The notes under the pieces are model-generated. The model did no database searches and was not told where the DNA came from. It was given only the letters and a program-made list of their open reading frames with translations. DNA of 55,254 nucleotides, from NCBI GenBank assembly GCA_041487615.1, contig JBGPNQ010000001.1, positions 1 through 55,254 of the forward strand. The letters run 5' to 3'. The translations under genes and the position numbers were made by a program. Below are positions 9,354-19,438 of the stretch, in pieces (the first letter of the stretch is position 1; each line of letters begins with the position of its first letter). The DNA is from Anaerolineae bacterium (GTDB lineage Bacteria > Chloroflexota > Anaerolineae > Anaerolineales > Villigracilaceae).

Positions 9354-9460
9354 GTAGCCCCGTTTTTTTCGGGGCGTATCGAAACCAGTAAGTTACATGC
9401 AAATAGGAAATTTTTGAAAACGGGTGGTTTCGATATGGGCTTCGCCCTACTCAACCACCG
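9345..9460. repeat. Palindromic repeat (GGTTGAGTAG...TATCGAAACC / GGTTTCGATA...CTACTCAACC)
   Basis: Two nested inverted arms; the left arm contains the trmH stop codon. Confidence 0.75.
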
Positions 9461-9474
9461 AGTAGAATAGAAAA

Positions 9475-10683
9475 ATGAAAATCCGTTCTATCACTTACTT
9501 TTGTAATCCCAAAAATCCGCTGGATGAAACGGTCCCGGGACAGGCTGGGACTTTTCTCTCCAAAGCCAAATCTGCCTATGAAGCCGCGGGATATGAAGTG
9601 CAGACGACGCGGCTGGCGACGGTACCATTTCCTCAATTCTTGGGCGAGGAGAATCTCAGTATGTTGCCGGAGTTTACAGGCCGGATTGCCGGCATCGCCC
9701 AACAACTTGGCATTGGATATGTTTCGCTCGGGCCCGCATCCCCCGAAATGGCTCGCAGTTACGAGGTGATTCCTGATGCGATTTTTGTATCCAGGAACGT
9801 CTTCTTTAGTGGCGTGATGGCCGATAAAACCCGCGGACTTGACCTTGCCGCGATCCGTGCCTGTGCGGATGTGATCGTCAAGTGTGCTCCTCTCGAGAAA
9901 AATGGTTTTGCCAACTTGCAATTCGCCGCGCTGGCAAACGTCAGGGCTGGAGCACCGTTTTTCCCGGCTGCATATCATGACAGTGACGCACCGATGTTCG
10001 CGATTGCCACCGAGGCCGCGGATCTGGCGGTGCAAGCTTTTGAAAACGCCAAGAGCATCGAAGAAGGAAGAAGCAATCTCATCAGTGAAATTGGAAAGAA
10101 TGGAAAAAAACTTGCCGACGTTGCACGAAATCTCGATTGTAAGTTTGGTGGTATTGATTTCTCTCTCGCCCCTTTTCCTGATGATGCCCATTCTCTCGGC
10201 AATGCCGTTGAAAAAATGGGCATTCCCAAAATTGGACTGCACGGTTCTCTGGCCGCCGCTGCCATCCTAACCGAAGCTGTCGACCGTGCAGATTTTCCGC
10301 ACACGGGCTTCAGTGGATTCATGCAGCCTGTGCTCGAAGACTCGGTCCTTGCCAGGCGCGCTGCAGAAGGGACACTGTCGATCAAAGATGCATTGCTCTA
10401 TTCCGCGGTCTGCGGGACTGGACTGGACACTGTTCCACTCCCAGGAAACACAAGCGCTGAACAATTGGTCCCCCTGCTGCTGGATCTTTGTGCGTTGGCA
10501 CTGCGACTTGACAAACCTCTTACCGCGCGCCTTATGCCAATTCCCGGAAAGAAAGCGGGGGATGTGACAAATTTCGATTTTGCATTTTTTGCTCCAAGCA
10601 AAATCATGAATTTACAAAGCGAGCCGATATTGGGTTCACTAGGCGGAAATGAGAGGATCTTGCTACACACCAAAGGTCAATAA
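9475..10683 (+). CDS. DUF711 family (PFL-like fold) protein
   Basis: MKIRSIT...VQTTRLAT...FFPAAY...GIDFSLAP...YSAVCGTGLDTVPLPG...KPLTARL. Confidence 0.85.
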   Translation: MKIRSITYFCNPKNPLDETVPGQAGTFLSKAKSAYEAAGYEVQTTRLATVPFPQFLGEENLSMLPEFTGRIAGIAQQLGIGYVSLGPASPEMARSYEVIPDAIFVSRNVFFSGVMADKTRGLDLAAIRACADVIVKCAPLEKNGFANLQFAALANVRAGAPFFPAAYHDSDAPMFAIATEAADLAVQAFENAKSIEEGRSNLISEIGKNGKKLADVARNLDCKFGGIDFSLAPFPDDAHSLGNAVEKMGIPKIGLHGSLAAAAILTEAVDRADFPHTGFSGFMQPVLEDSVLARRAAEGTLSIKDALLYSAVCGTGLDTVPLPGNTSAEQLVPLLLDLCALALRLDKPLTARLMPIPGKKAGDVTNFDFAFFAPSKIMNLQSEPILGSLGGNERILLHTKGQ

Positions 10684-10764
10684 GGTGTGGTGAAATTCTC
10701 ACTCGATGTACATGGTAGAATAACAACAACTTCTGAACCGAGTTGAAAAGAATAACGAGATAGG

Positions 10765-11289
10765 ATGCACACTCTCACCTTCTGGAAAACAGTCACCATG
10801 GACCATTCCAACCTGCTTGAAAACCTGATCGAACTTCTTACGAAAAATGAAGTCCGATTTTGTGTGATCGGCGGGCAGGCTGTCAACGCTTATGCTGAAC
10901 CCCTGGTAAGCCTGGATGTAGACCTGGCAGTTACGGTGGATCAACTTGGGAAAGTGGAGTCGCTGTTGGAAAAGCATTTTGTCCTAAAGCGTTTCCCCCA
11001 CAGTTTGAATGTGACCGTCCCTAATTCAGATGTTCGTGTGCAAATTCAAACAGACGAACGTTATGGCTCATTTCCCGATCGGGCATCACTACGTTCCGTG
11101 CTGGGAATGGAATTACCCGTTGCCAGTTTGGAAGATGTTTTACAGGGAAAAATCTGGGCAGCGCTGGATGCTGAGCGCCGGGGAAGCAAACGTCAAAAGG
11201 ATTTGGCGGATATTGCTCGTATTCTTGAAAACTATCCTCAATACCGTTTACATGTACCGCAGGAAATTCTTAGTCGGCTGCTGGATTAA
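10765..11289 (+). CDS. Nucleotidyltransferase superfamily protein (AbiEii/DUF6036-like)
   Basis: IGGQAVNAY...SLDVDL and C-terminal KRQKDLADI. Confidence 0.7.
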   Translation: MHTLTFWKTVTMDHSNLLENLIELLTKNEVRFCVIGGQAVNAYAEPLVSLDVDLAVTVDQLGKVESLLEKHFVLKRFPHSLNVTVPNSDVRVQIQTDERYGSFPDRASLRSVLGMELPVASLEDVLQGKIWAALDAERRGSKRQKDLADIARILENYPQYRLHVPQEILSRLLD

Positions 11290-11347
11290 TAAGTTGCATA
11301 ATTCAGCTTTGTTGCCCGGCACTTCCCAACCACCAAACGACAAACTG

Positions 11348-13147
11348 TCAAACCCTCAACTTCCACATCGTAAACGGCTCATCAAACCCTTTTACATCGC
11401 CGGTAAAGCACTCCAACGCGCTGGGTCCGACGTTCTCTGCAAGAAAGTCCCGTATCTCGGGGTCTTCATAAAATGTCTCGGAGAAGATCAGTTCGCCGCC
11501 CTGGGAAAAGTTTGGTAAACGCGCGGCAATATTCACTGTTGAGCCAAAATAATCCAAACGGTCATTTAGATTCACAACAATACATGGACCCTTATGAAGT
11601 CCGGCTTTCAGCCAGAGCATCGGCTCGCCATATTTTGCAATTTCCAACTGTGCGTTCCAAACGGACTTCAACGCGTCGATGGGATGCCGGAAGGTTGCCA
11701 TGACCGCATCCCCCATCGTCTTCACAATGGCACCACCTTCAGCGGCAATCGCTTTTTCCAGAATCTCGAAATGTTCGCGCACACGTCCAAACGCGGAGGC
11801 ATCACCGATCACGCGATACATGCGGGTCGAGTCGCGCAGGTCTGTGAACATCAATGTGACCGAGCCGATCGAAATCTCTTCACCGGGTCTCACGACTTCG
11901 CTGGCGAAAAGATCGCGGAAGACTTGCAGTGCCGTCACATCGGCTGCCGTGGAGGAGTGATCGCTCCAGGCTGTGCGCTCAAGCTGAAAGGTGGACTCGG
12001 CATTCGTGGCGTTGACGAGGTTGAGAGTCGGGTGAAGCGAGACGCGTTGCTGGTCAGGCGGCCATCCAAATGAAGATACGCGCAAGTCAGCTTGTGGTGC
12101 TCCATCCACATCGGCAAAAAGGGAAATGGAACCGGGGGCATTCGACGCGCGCAACGTATAACGTCCGCGCTCGAGTTGAATTGGAACCGGCAGCGAATGC
12201 AGCGCTGACAATGCCTGTGACATCACCACATGTGGCTGCAATTGCGGACTGCCCGCGCAGAACGCCGCCTCAAAATCCACGCTGCGCACAGATGGGTTGG
12301 GTCTAAAGATCACTTCGATGTTATGGTCGAAGTTCACAGTGAAATCAATCTGACAGGTGCTGCAATGTGAACTGCCATGCACATCGCCGAGATTGGTGTG
12401 TCCCTCGGTCGTGCCGCGGCAGGATGGACAAAGCAAATCCCATGACATGTCGAGGATGCCCGCCCGCGTGGCACGCAAAAACATCTCGAGCACAGCGCGT
12501 CGATCCACCTGCCAGCGATCCGCCAGCGCGTACGGTCGAATACGTTGAACGGACAACTCATCGGCTCGTTCCAGAAAATCTTCCAAACGCGCCATCAGCG
12601 AGGCGTCTGTGCCTTGACGGACCACGTCCTCACTCAGTGACCGAAAGCGGGCGCGCCCACCCGAATTGAATCCACGCGGACGACCGATCTTGAAAGAGCC
12701 CTCGGGCCTTCCCGCGATACGATCATAGACGCGAAATGCACGTTCAAACCGGTTCTTTGCAATCACGCCAATTGCAAAAGGGATGAGAAGCTGCACAAAA
12801 GGATTGCTGACCACAAACCATGAATGATAACTGACGCGTGTGCCGTTGTTCGGGAGTCGTTCAAAACTTGCCTCGGTGCGCATTGAATCAATCGGAGCTT
12901 TGCTATAGAGCCGGGACACTCCAAATGAATAGGGAAAGGTCCACTCGAACGGTTCCTCCTCCCATTCCACCCGGATAATCGGCAGGCGCATTCGCATCTG
13001 TTTCACGCCTTTGACATTGCTCAAGATTTCCACTTCGGGCTGACCGGTGTCGCGGTTAAAGCGATTCGTATCCGAGGCGAAGGGCCAGATCGCTTCGGGA
13101 GAGGACTCCAGGTCCCATTGCCAGGAAAAGTGGAATTCTTTGCTCAT
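11348..13147 (-). CDS. Class III adenylate/guanylate cyclase with SRPBCC-like N-terminus and DUF5939-like Cys-rich region
   Basis: FTDLRDST, VKTMGDAVMA, DYFGSTVNIAARL; CPSC...CSTC. Confidence 0.88.
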   Translation of the reverse strand: MSKEFHFSWQWDLESSPEAIWPFASDTNRFNRDTGQPEVEILSNVKGVKQMRMRLPIIRVEWEEEPFEWTFPYSFGVSRLYSKAPIDSMRTEASFERLPNNGTRVSYHSWFVVSNPFVQLLIPFAIGVIAKNRFERAFRVYDRIAGRPEGSFKIGRPRGFNSGGRARFRSLSEDVVRQGTDASLMARLEDFLERADELSVQRIRPYALADRWQVDRRAVLEMFLRATRAGILDMSWDLLCPSCRGTTEGHTNLGDVHGSSHCSTCQIDFTVNFDHNIEVIFRPNPSVRSVDFEAAFCAGSPQLQPHVVMSQALSALHSLPVPIQLERGRYTLRASNAPGSISLFADVDGAPQADLRVSSFGWPPDQQRVSLHPTLNLVNATNAESTFQLERTAWSDHSSTAADVTALQVFRDLFASEVVRPGEEISIGSVTLMFTDLRDSTRMYRVIGDASAFGRVREHFEILEKAIAAEGGAIVKTMGDAVMATFRHPIDALKSVWNAQLEIAKYGEPMLWLKAGLHKGPCIVVNLNDRLDYFGSTVNIAARLPNFSQGGELIFSETFYEDPEIRDFLAENVGPSALECFTGDVKGFDEPFTMWKLRV

Positions 13148-13217
13148 GGTGAATAGATGACTGTTATAGACTAAATTTTACAGTCGATTCGTGAGAATCG
13201 CATTACGAAAAGGACTA

Positions 13218-13287
13218 TGTCATGTTGAGCGCGGCGAAGCATCTCGCATACAAGGCTGGAGACCCTTCGCTATCGCTCAGGGTGACA
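13218..13287. repeat. Palindromic repeat (TGTCA..GAGC..GCGAAG / CTTCG..CTCAG..TGACA family)
   Basis: Relatives at 21226..21323, 34573..34662 and 43271..43407. Confidence 0.75.
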
Positions 13288-13295
13288 CCCCCCTA

Positions 13296-13338
13296 TTAAC
13301 AAGACCTTAACTTTCACGAAAATGTCTTATGATATAGT
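13296..13338 (+). promoter_or_regulatory. Pho-box-like direct repeats plus extended -10 of phoP
   Basis: TTAAC at 13296 and 13307 (11-bp period); TGaTATAGT ending 7 nt before ATG 13346. Confidence 0.7.
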
Positions 13339-13345
13339 CATAACC

Positions 13346-14056
13346 ATGCCTGAAACCATTCTCGTCGTTGAAGACGAACCCGCGTTGCGCGATACGCTTA
13401 CTTATAACCTGAAAAAAGATGGCTTTACCGTGGAAGCCGTCGGTGATGGACGCACAGCTCTCGACTCCGCGCGCGCCCTGAGACCAGATCTGATTGTCCT
13501 TGACCTGATGCTGCCCGAAATTGACGGATTCGAAGTCTGCCGTATTCTGCGCAAGGAAATGACAACTCCCATCCTGATGCTCACCGCCCGCGACGATGAA
13601 ATTGACCGTGTCGTCGGCCTGGAGGTCGGTGCAGATGATTACCTGACCAAACCATTTTCGATGCGCGAACTGATGGCACGCGTCAAAGCGCAATTGCGAC
13701 GTGCACGCCTGGTGCGTGAAGAACTCGGAAAATTGGCGGATGACCAAAACAAGCAGGAAAAACTGACATTTGGAAATCTCGTCATCAACCTGACGCGTCG
13801 CGAAGTCACCGTGGATGGCGATCCCCTGCCGTTCAAGCCGCAGGAATACGAGTTGCTGGTTTTCTTCGCGGAGCACAAAGGACAAATGCTCTCACGCGAA
13901 TTCATTTTGGAACGTGTCTGGGGCTGGGATTTCATCGGTGACAGCCGCACCGTGGATGTCCATGTGCGCTGGCTCAGGCAAAAGATCGAAGAGGATGCCA
14001 GCGACCCGAAGCGAATCGTCACGGTGCGCGGTGGAGGGTATAGGTTTGAAGGATAA
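13346..14056 (+). CDS. phoP: OmpR/PhoB family response regulator (PhoP/PhoB-like)
   Basis: [40 protein letters not shown]; next to a PhoR-type kinase, ppk and pst genes. Confidence 0.85.
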   Translation: MPETILVVEDEPALRDTLTYNLKKDGFTVEAVGDGRTALDSARALRPDLIVLDLMLPEIDGFEVCRILRKEMTTPILMLTARDDEIDRVVGLEVGADDYLTKPFSMRELMARVKAQLRRARLVREELGKLADDQNKQEKLTFGNLVINLTRREVTVDGDPLPFKPQEYELLVFFAEHKGQMLSREFILERVWGWDFIGDSRTVDVHVRWLRQKIEEDASDPKRIVTVRGGGYRFEG

Positions 14057-14189
14057 ATCGATTTTTGATTTTTGATTCACAATTGATGAGCAGCATCCTA
14101 TTGAACCACGGAGACACTGGGACACGGAGAATTTATCAGGAATCTCCATGCGTTCGTATCTCGATGATTAGGAATTGTTCCCACAACGC

Positions 14190-15425
14190 ATGAACTATCT
14201 CTGGATCTTCATTGTCGTTGTTTTCCTGGCCGCCGCGTGGTTTGCGGGGCGTTACTATAAACTGCGCCATGATGTTGATGAATACGCGAATCGTCTGAGG
14301 CAGGAAAAATCAGACACTGACCTTAGGGAACTTGGCAATTTATCCAGCGCGGTCGCATCCATACTTTCAACTTTTGACTCTCAACTTTCCACTTTGGATT
14401 CCGAACGTGCCCGCCTGTTCACGGTCCTTGAGCAGATCACCGATGGTGTGCTGATCGCTGATTCGCAGGGAATGATTCAATTTGCAAACCCGGCCGTAGG
14501 TAAACTATTTCAAACATCGGATCCCATTCATCGAAGTATTGCAGAAGTCATCCGTCATCATCAGCTCGTCGAGGCGTGGAGACGTTGTCAGGAGACGCGC
14601 CAGTTGCAGAGTGAGACAGTCGAGCTTCCGACGCGCCATCAGTATCTGCAACTTGTGGTCATCCCCGACCAGCATTCGAGCGGAAGCCTTTTACTTGTCC
14701 AGGATCTCACCCGCATCCGCCGCCTCGAAATCGTCCGCCGCGATTTCATCAGCAACCTCTCGCACGAGCTACGCACGCCGCTTGCCTCCCTCAAAGCTCT
14801 GACCGAGACTCTCCAGGATGGTGCGTTGGAGGATCCGCCAGCGGCGCGTCGATTCATCAATCAGATACAGATCGAAGTGGATGCGTTGACCCAAATGGTG
14901 ACCGAACTGCTCGAGCTGTCACGCATTGAATCAGGTCGCCTCTCTCTGGATCTCAAGCTTGTCACGCCTTACGATCTGCTCCTATCCGCATCCAGGCGGA
15001 TGAGTCTCCAGGCCGAGCGTGCAGGATTGACACTACGCGTGGAATGTGCGCAGGACCTTCCAAAGGTCGATATTGATTTGCAGAGGTTGGAGCAGGTGCT
15101 GGTCAACCTCATCCACAACGCGGTCAAGTTCACACACGCGGGCGGAGAGATCATCCTTTTAGCGGAGGCAGATAACGGCTTCGTGCGATTCGGTGTGCAA
15201 GATTCGGGAATCGGAATCCCGGAGGAGGATGTCCCGCGCATCTTTGAACGCTTCTATCGCGTCGATAAATCCAGAACAGGCAGTGGGACGGGCTTGGGCT
15301 TGTCCATTGCCAAACATATCGTTGAGGCGCACGGAGGAAAAATTTGGGCGGAGAGTATCGAGAGACAGGGAAGCACGTTTACCTTCACTATCCCGGTTGT
15401 TCCATCAGGGTTTGGGAACAGCTAG
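14190..15425 (+). CDS. phoR: PhoR-type sensor histidine kinase (TM, PAS, HisKA, HATPase)
   Basis: RRDFISNLSHELRTPL, NLIHNAVKF, DSGIGI, RIFERFYRVDKSR, GTGLGLSIAKH. Confidence 0.85.
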   Translation: MNYLWIFIVVVFLAAAWFAGRYYKLRHDVDEYANRLRQEKSDTDLRELGNLSSAVASILSTFDSQLSTLDSERARLFTVLEQITDGVLIADSQGMIQFANPAVGKLFQTSDPIHRSIAEVIRHHQLVEAWRRCQETRQLQSETVELPTRHQYLQLVVIPDQHSSGSLLLVQDLTRIRRLEIVRRDFISNLSHELRTPLASLKALTETLQDGALEDPPAARRFINQIQIEVDALTQMVTELLELSRIESGRLSLDLKLVTPYDLLLSASRRMSLQAERAGLTLRVECAQDLPKVDIDLQRLEQVLVNLIHNAVKFTHAGGEIILLAEADNGFVRFGVQDSGIGIPEEDVPRIFERFYRVDKSRTGSGTGLGLSIAKHIVEAHGGKIWAESIERQGSTFTFTIPVVPSGFGNS

Positions 15426-17525
15426 TTTCTTTTTGTTGGAATTCCCCATCAGCCATTCCTGCACATCGACTGCCTTGCCTTCACTGGGTGGTTTCAGACG
15501 CGTATATGTGCCATCAGATTTCATAATGCGAGCATGCATATTATCGCTCAAATAAATCGCCAGCATTCCATGGCGCAGATAATTAATATGTTCCGGGTTC
15601 TCAATTGGGAATATGACCTCCACACGGTGATCGATGCGTGACATGAGATCAGCGCTGCCTATGTAGATCTCTTCCTTGCCATCATTGTGGAAGTAATACA
15701 GGCGGCTATGCTCGAGGTAGCGTCCAACAATACTGATCACCCGGATGTTATCACTCACGCCTTTGAGACCGGGTCTCAAACCACACATGCCGCGCACGAG
15801 AAGATCCACTTTTACTCCCGCTTGCGATGCCTCGTACATCAACTGGATGAATTGTAGATCCACAATCGCATTCGTTTTGAAGATCAGGTGCGCGTTGCGC
15901 CCCGCTTTTGCATGCTCGATCTCGCGTCGAATCAATTTCTCCATCTCGCTCCGCATGTTGATGGGAGCAACCAGTAATTTTTTGAAGTTTTGTTTTGTGG
16001 AATAACCGGTCAGGTAATTGAACAGGTCGGTGACATCCGCTGCCATTTTCTCATCACAGGTAAAAATTCCGATGTCTTCATAAATGCGCGAAGTGACCGC
16101 ATTGTAATTTCCCGTGCCAAGATGGAGATAACGGCGAATGCCTTCCCCTTCCTTGCGCACGACCATGGTTACTTTGCAGTGCGTCTTGAGCCCCATGAGT
16201 CCATAGACTACATGGACTCCCATTTGCTCGAGCATTTTTGCCCAGCCGATATTACTCTCTTCATCAAAACGCGCCTTGAGCTCCACGAGCACAGCGACCT
16301 GTTTGCCGCGCTCACTGGCTTCGAGCAAAGCCTCCACAACAGGAGCATTCTGCCCGACGCGATAAAGGGTCTGTTTGATGGCAAGCACATCCGGGTCACG
16401 AGAAGCTGCTTTGAGGAAGTCAATCACCGGAGTGAATGAATCATAGGGCTGGTGCAGGAGAATATTTCCCCGTTTGATCACTTCAAAAACATCACCCGCC
16501 AAGGTTGTATTCTCAAAGATCCTCGGCATTGCTGGATGATAGACCGGAAATTTCAAGTCATGTCTTTCCACATTGTTGTAGATCTGCCAGAGAGCGCTCA
16601 AGCCAAGCGGGGCAGATAGGATGTAGACATCGTTCTGCCGAATCTCAAGGTTATCAATAAGCAGGTCGCGGATAGTGTCCGGCATATCCTCATAAATCTC
16701 CACTTGCACGACGGAACCGAATTTTCGCCTGCGAATGCTCTGCTGCATACTCTCCAGCAAGTCGTCCGCTTCGATCTCCTGAATCTCCACATCGGCATCC
16801 CGGATGATACGGAAGGGATAGGCGGCTACAACTTCCAACCCGGGGAAGAGCACCGCGAGGTTGGCCATGATCAACTGTTCGAGCCATACAAAATAATGGT
16901 GATGGGGAATGGTGCCGTCCTTGCGTACTGCACCGGAAGAGCGTTTGATGGGCACAAGCCGAGGCAGGGTATCCGGCACTTTCAAGCGGGCAAATTTCTC
17001 ATTCCCCTTTTTATCCCGGATAACAATTGCAAGGTTTAGACTAAGGTTCGAAATATGCGGGAAGGGATGTCCCGGGTCCAGCGCCAGGGGAGTCAGGACA
17101 GGATATACAACTTCATGGAAGTAGTTATTCGCCTTCTCCGTTTGAGCATCGCTAAGCTTTCGATAATCAAACAAGTGGATGCCCATCTTATCCAGTCCAG
17201 GGACCAACTTCTTATTGAAAAACTGAAGGGCATTCCCATGCAACTCATGAGAGGTTTTGCGCGCCGCTGCCAGGACCTCGGGCGGAGTCAGCCCATCTGG
17301 GAAGACTTCCATGATCCGCGCCTCCACCTGCTTGCGGATACCCGATACGCGCACCATGAAGAACTCGTCCATGTTCGAGCCGAAGATGGCCAGGAACTTC
17401 AACCGTTCGAGCAGAGGATTGCGCTCGTCCAGCGCTTCGTCAAGCACGCGGCGCTGGAATTCAAGCAGGCTAAGTTCTCGATTGATAAATAAACTGGGTG
17501 ATATGGACGTCGTCTCGCCGGTCAT
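15405..17525 (-). CDS. ppk1: Polyphosphate kinase 1
   Basis: FINRELSLLEF, NMDEFFMVRV, HPFP, IKQTLYR, ELKARFDEE, KTHCK, GTGNYN, RYLEHSR; likely start MTGETT at 17525; 3' end overlaps phoR convergently by 21 bp. Confidence 0.95.
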   Translation of the reverse strand: MTGETTSISPSLFINRELSLLEFQRRVLDEALDERNPLLERLKFLAIFGSNMDEFFMVRVSGIRKQVEARIMEVFPDGLTPPEVLAAARKTSHELHGNALQFFNKKLVPGLDKMGIHLFDYRKLSDAQTEKANNYFHEVVYPVLTPLALDPGHPFPHISNLSLNLAIVIRDKKGNEKFARLKVPDTLPRLVPIKRSSGAVRKDGTIPHHHYFVWLEQLIMANLAVLFPGLEVVAAYPFRIIRDADVEIQEIEADDLLESMQQSIRRRKFGSVVQVEIYEDMPDTIRDLLIDNLEIRQNDVYILSAPLGLSALWQIYNNVERHDLKFPVYHPAMPRIFENTTLAGDVFEVIKRGNILLHQPYDSFTPVIDFLKAASRDPDVLAIKQTLYRVGQNAPVVEALLEASERGKQVAVLVELKARFDEESNIGWAKMLEQMGVHVVYGLMGLKTHCKVTMVVRKEGEGIRRYLHLGTGNYNAVTSRIYEDIGIFTCDEKMAADVTDLFNYLTGYSTKQNFKKLLVAPINMRSEMEKLIRREIEHAKAGRNAHLIFKTNAIVDLQFIQLMYEASQAGVKVDLLVRGMCGLRPGLKGVSDNIRVISIVGRYLEHSRLYYFHNDGKEEIYIGSADLMSRIDHRVEVIFPIENPEHINYLRHGMLAIYLSDNMHARIMKSDGTYTRLKPPSEGKAVDVQEWLMGNSNKKKLAVPKP

Positions 17526-17529
17526 GTCC

Positions 17530-18030
17530 CTATGATAATGCAGATAGGATTTTTGGTGTGAGAAGCCATTCAAGAACAGCCGTGCGTTCCACATGCAAAT
17601 CATCGACGGAGAGACAACAAATTCCACCGGTCTTGATATTGATTGAGATATCCGGGTTACCCGATGTAAGCGTGCCGATCAGGTTGCTAATGCACGGCTC
17701 ATGACTGACAAGCACCAGTTCATCTACATCGTATTTCTCGTTGATTTCGCCGATGATTTCATTCGCATCTCCCATGGGGGTAAGCACATCGTTGAAAACC
17801 AGATCCTGCGTGTACTTTAAGGCCTTCGCAAGTATTTCCGCTGTCTGTCTGGCACGGACGTACGGGCTGGAGACAATCAAATCAGGCTTCAGATTCATCT
17901 TCTTCAGAGCGGAAACGATTTGATTCATTTTGTCGCGTCCTTTTTCCGTCAGTGGGCGCTGACTGTCATCCTCGTAGCCGGGTGTTCCCGGATCAACGGC
18001 GTTGCTGTGGCGGATTATGTAAATCTTCAT
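17530..18030 (-). CDS. sixA: Phosphohistidine phosphatase SixA
   Basis: RHSNA...RPLTEKG...SSPYVRARQTA...LVSHEP. Confidence 0.88.
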   Translation of the reverse strand: MKIYIIRHSNAVDPGTPGYEDDSQRPLTEKGRDKMNQIVSALKKMNLKPDLIVSSPYVRARQTAEILAKALKYTQDLVFNDVLTPMGDANEIIGEINEKYDVDELVLVSHEPCISNLIGTLTSGNPDISINIKTGGICCLSVDDLHVERTAVLEWLLTPKILSALS

Positions 18031-18941
18031 TTAGATTTCTCCCACGGGAAGAGTTGGTCTGGTGCAGAGCGCCAAAACACATGTAGTTGGTTCATATCTT
18101 CGACAAATGCAGAAACGACTTCGGCATGACGATTCTCATAATAACGGTGGACCTGTTCCAGGTCCGGGAAAGAGACGGATTCTGAATAGTCTGCAAGAGT
18201 CTGCATGAACACCTCATTATCCTGTATCTCTCCCATGAGCGATTGATAATCATTCATCCGTTTCAGATTCCCGGTTGGATGATCTTTCAATAAGGGGTGG
18301 ATGATCTCCATCATGTAGCGAAATGATTTGAAAGCAATGCGCACACGGTGAATGGTCGCGGATCGGGCAAGATCCACCTGGGCAAGGCGCTGTTGGGTTC
18401 GCAAAAACGAATCGTCAACTGCCTGCATTAGCTGCGATTCGATATCATCCCTCCCGTGAGCTTCGATGGATACATGAATCTTACGAATACGTTTGGTAAG
18501 TTCGGATGTTTCGAACTTTCGTATTTTCTTGCGAAGGTTACGCTGCATTTTCTCTTCAGTGGATTTCAGATGTTTTTGAAATTCCTGAAGCTGTGGCAAC
18601 TCATGCAAGACTTCAGAGATCTCGGCAAGGATCACCTGTGTATCGCGCAGGTCGTCGAATTCATCGAGTTGATCTTTAGAAATGCGGATCAATTTTTGGT
18701 ATCGAGGGCGAGGAGTGATCGAGTTCAGTAATTGGAAAAGGGCAAGGACGCGCCGCGCCGCCACTCGAAGGTCATGGACCCCCTCGTTGGAAAACTCCGT
18801 ACGGCAACGCTTGAGTTCCGTGCGATAGTTCCTCCAGCGTTCCTCGAGCGCATCAAGGAGGAGCTGATGGACCTCTGATTTTGATTTCCGGGGACCAAGT
18901 GCATTCATATGAACATCTTCATGTAGTGTAACACCGATCAA
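18027..18941 (-). CDS. CHAD domain protein (polyphosphate-binding)
   Basis: VHDLRVAARR, LRDTQV, IHRVRIAFKSFRY, QSLMGEIQD; alternative start at 18908. Confidence 0.88.
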   Translation of the reverse strand: MIGVTLHEDVHMNALGPRKSKSEVHQLLLDALEERWRNYRTELKRCRTEFSNEGVHDLRVAARRVLALFQLLNSITPRPRYQKLIRISKDQLDEFDDLRDTQVILAEISEVLHELPQLQEFQKHLKSTEEKMQRNLRKKIRKFETSELTKRIRKIHVSIEAHGRDDIESQLMQAVDDSFLRTQQRLAQVDLARSATIHRVRIAFKSFRYMMEIIHPLLKDHPTGNLKRMNDYQSLMGEIQDNEVFMQTLADYSESVSFPDLEQVHRYYENRHAEVVSAFVEDMNQLHVFWRSAPDQLFPWEKSK

Positions 18942-18987
18942 AGATAGGACCTTCCTTCGTGATCACTCCTTAATTTAACATGGGATC

Positions 18988-19025
18988 ATTAACGCGCCTG
19001 AAAAGGCTTGTTAAGGATTGGTAAA
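18988..19025 (-). promoter_or_regulatory. Pho-box-like array upstream of CHAD-sixA-ppk1
   Basis: Minus strand TTTAC/TTAAC/TTTCA/TTAAT at an exact 11-bp period. Confidence 0.6.
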
Positions 19026-19130
19026 GGGGATTTTCGACCGTTATTGCCAGAAAAAGGCTTTGCATATCTGTTTTGCCGCTGTTAGGCCATTGCAAAACGC
19101 GGATTCCATGTTCCGTGCTATCCTAGGGGC

Positions 19131-19247
19131 ATGGAAATATTTCTTGCCGTAACATTGATTGCAGTGCTGATTGTGCTCATCGTAGATACACAGCAAAAAC
19201 GGCATGTCTTCCTGTGCCAGCAGAAAGACTCATTGAAGAAATATTGA
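19131..19247 (+). CDS. Unannotated 38-aa single-TM peptide
   Basis: MEIFLAVTLIAVLIVLIVDTQQKRHVFLCQQKDSLKKY*; TGcTATCCT 6 nt upstream; followed by a hairpin; paralog at 20225. Confidence 0.7.
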   Translation: MEIFLAVTLIAVLIVLIVDTQQKRHVFLCQQKDSLKKY

Positions 19248-19279
19248 TCGAGCAAGAAATATTTCCTATTCTCTCCTCC

Positions 19280-19315
19280 GTACAAGAGCCCGGATCTCCT
19301 CCCGGGCTCTTGTAC
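19280..19315 (+). terminator. Hairpin terminator after the small peptide gene
   Basis: GTACAAGAGCCCGG-N8-CCGGGCTCTTGTAC. Confidence 0.7.
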
Positions 19316-19333
19316 ATTTAAGGCGGGACACCA

Positions 19334-19382
19334 TTAACGAATCTCATACAATTTCTTAAACGAACCTTCACAATTCCTTAAC
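19334..19382 (+). promoter_or_regulatory. Pho-box-like array upstream of PHP-peptide-surE
   Basis: TTAAC 19334, CATAC 19345, TTAAA 19356, TTCAC 19367, TTAAC 19378. Confidence 0.7.
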
Positions 19383-19438
19383 AACGAACTGCTAGACTGT
19401 AAATGATATTTTTAGATTGCACATTCGAAGGAGAACGA

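Noticed and set aside
9451-10242. Long antisense ORFs (9451..10242; also 23686..24414, 29002..29721, 39096..39755, 44290..44928)
   Set aside because: They lie opposite well-supported genes, lack recognisable motifs and are expected from codon bias.
7700-11289. Macro domain, DUF6959-like and nucleotidyltransferase genes as a defence or toxin-antitoxin system
   Set aside because: The genes are interleaved with housekeeping trmH and DUF711, no ADP-ribosyltransferase or sirtuin partner is present, and the macro protein looks like the ordinary stand-alone type.
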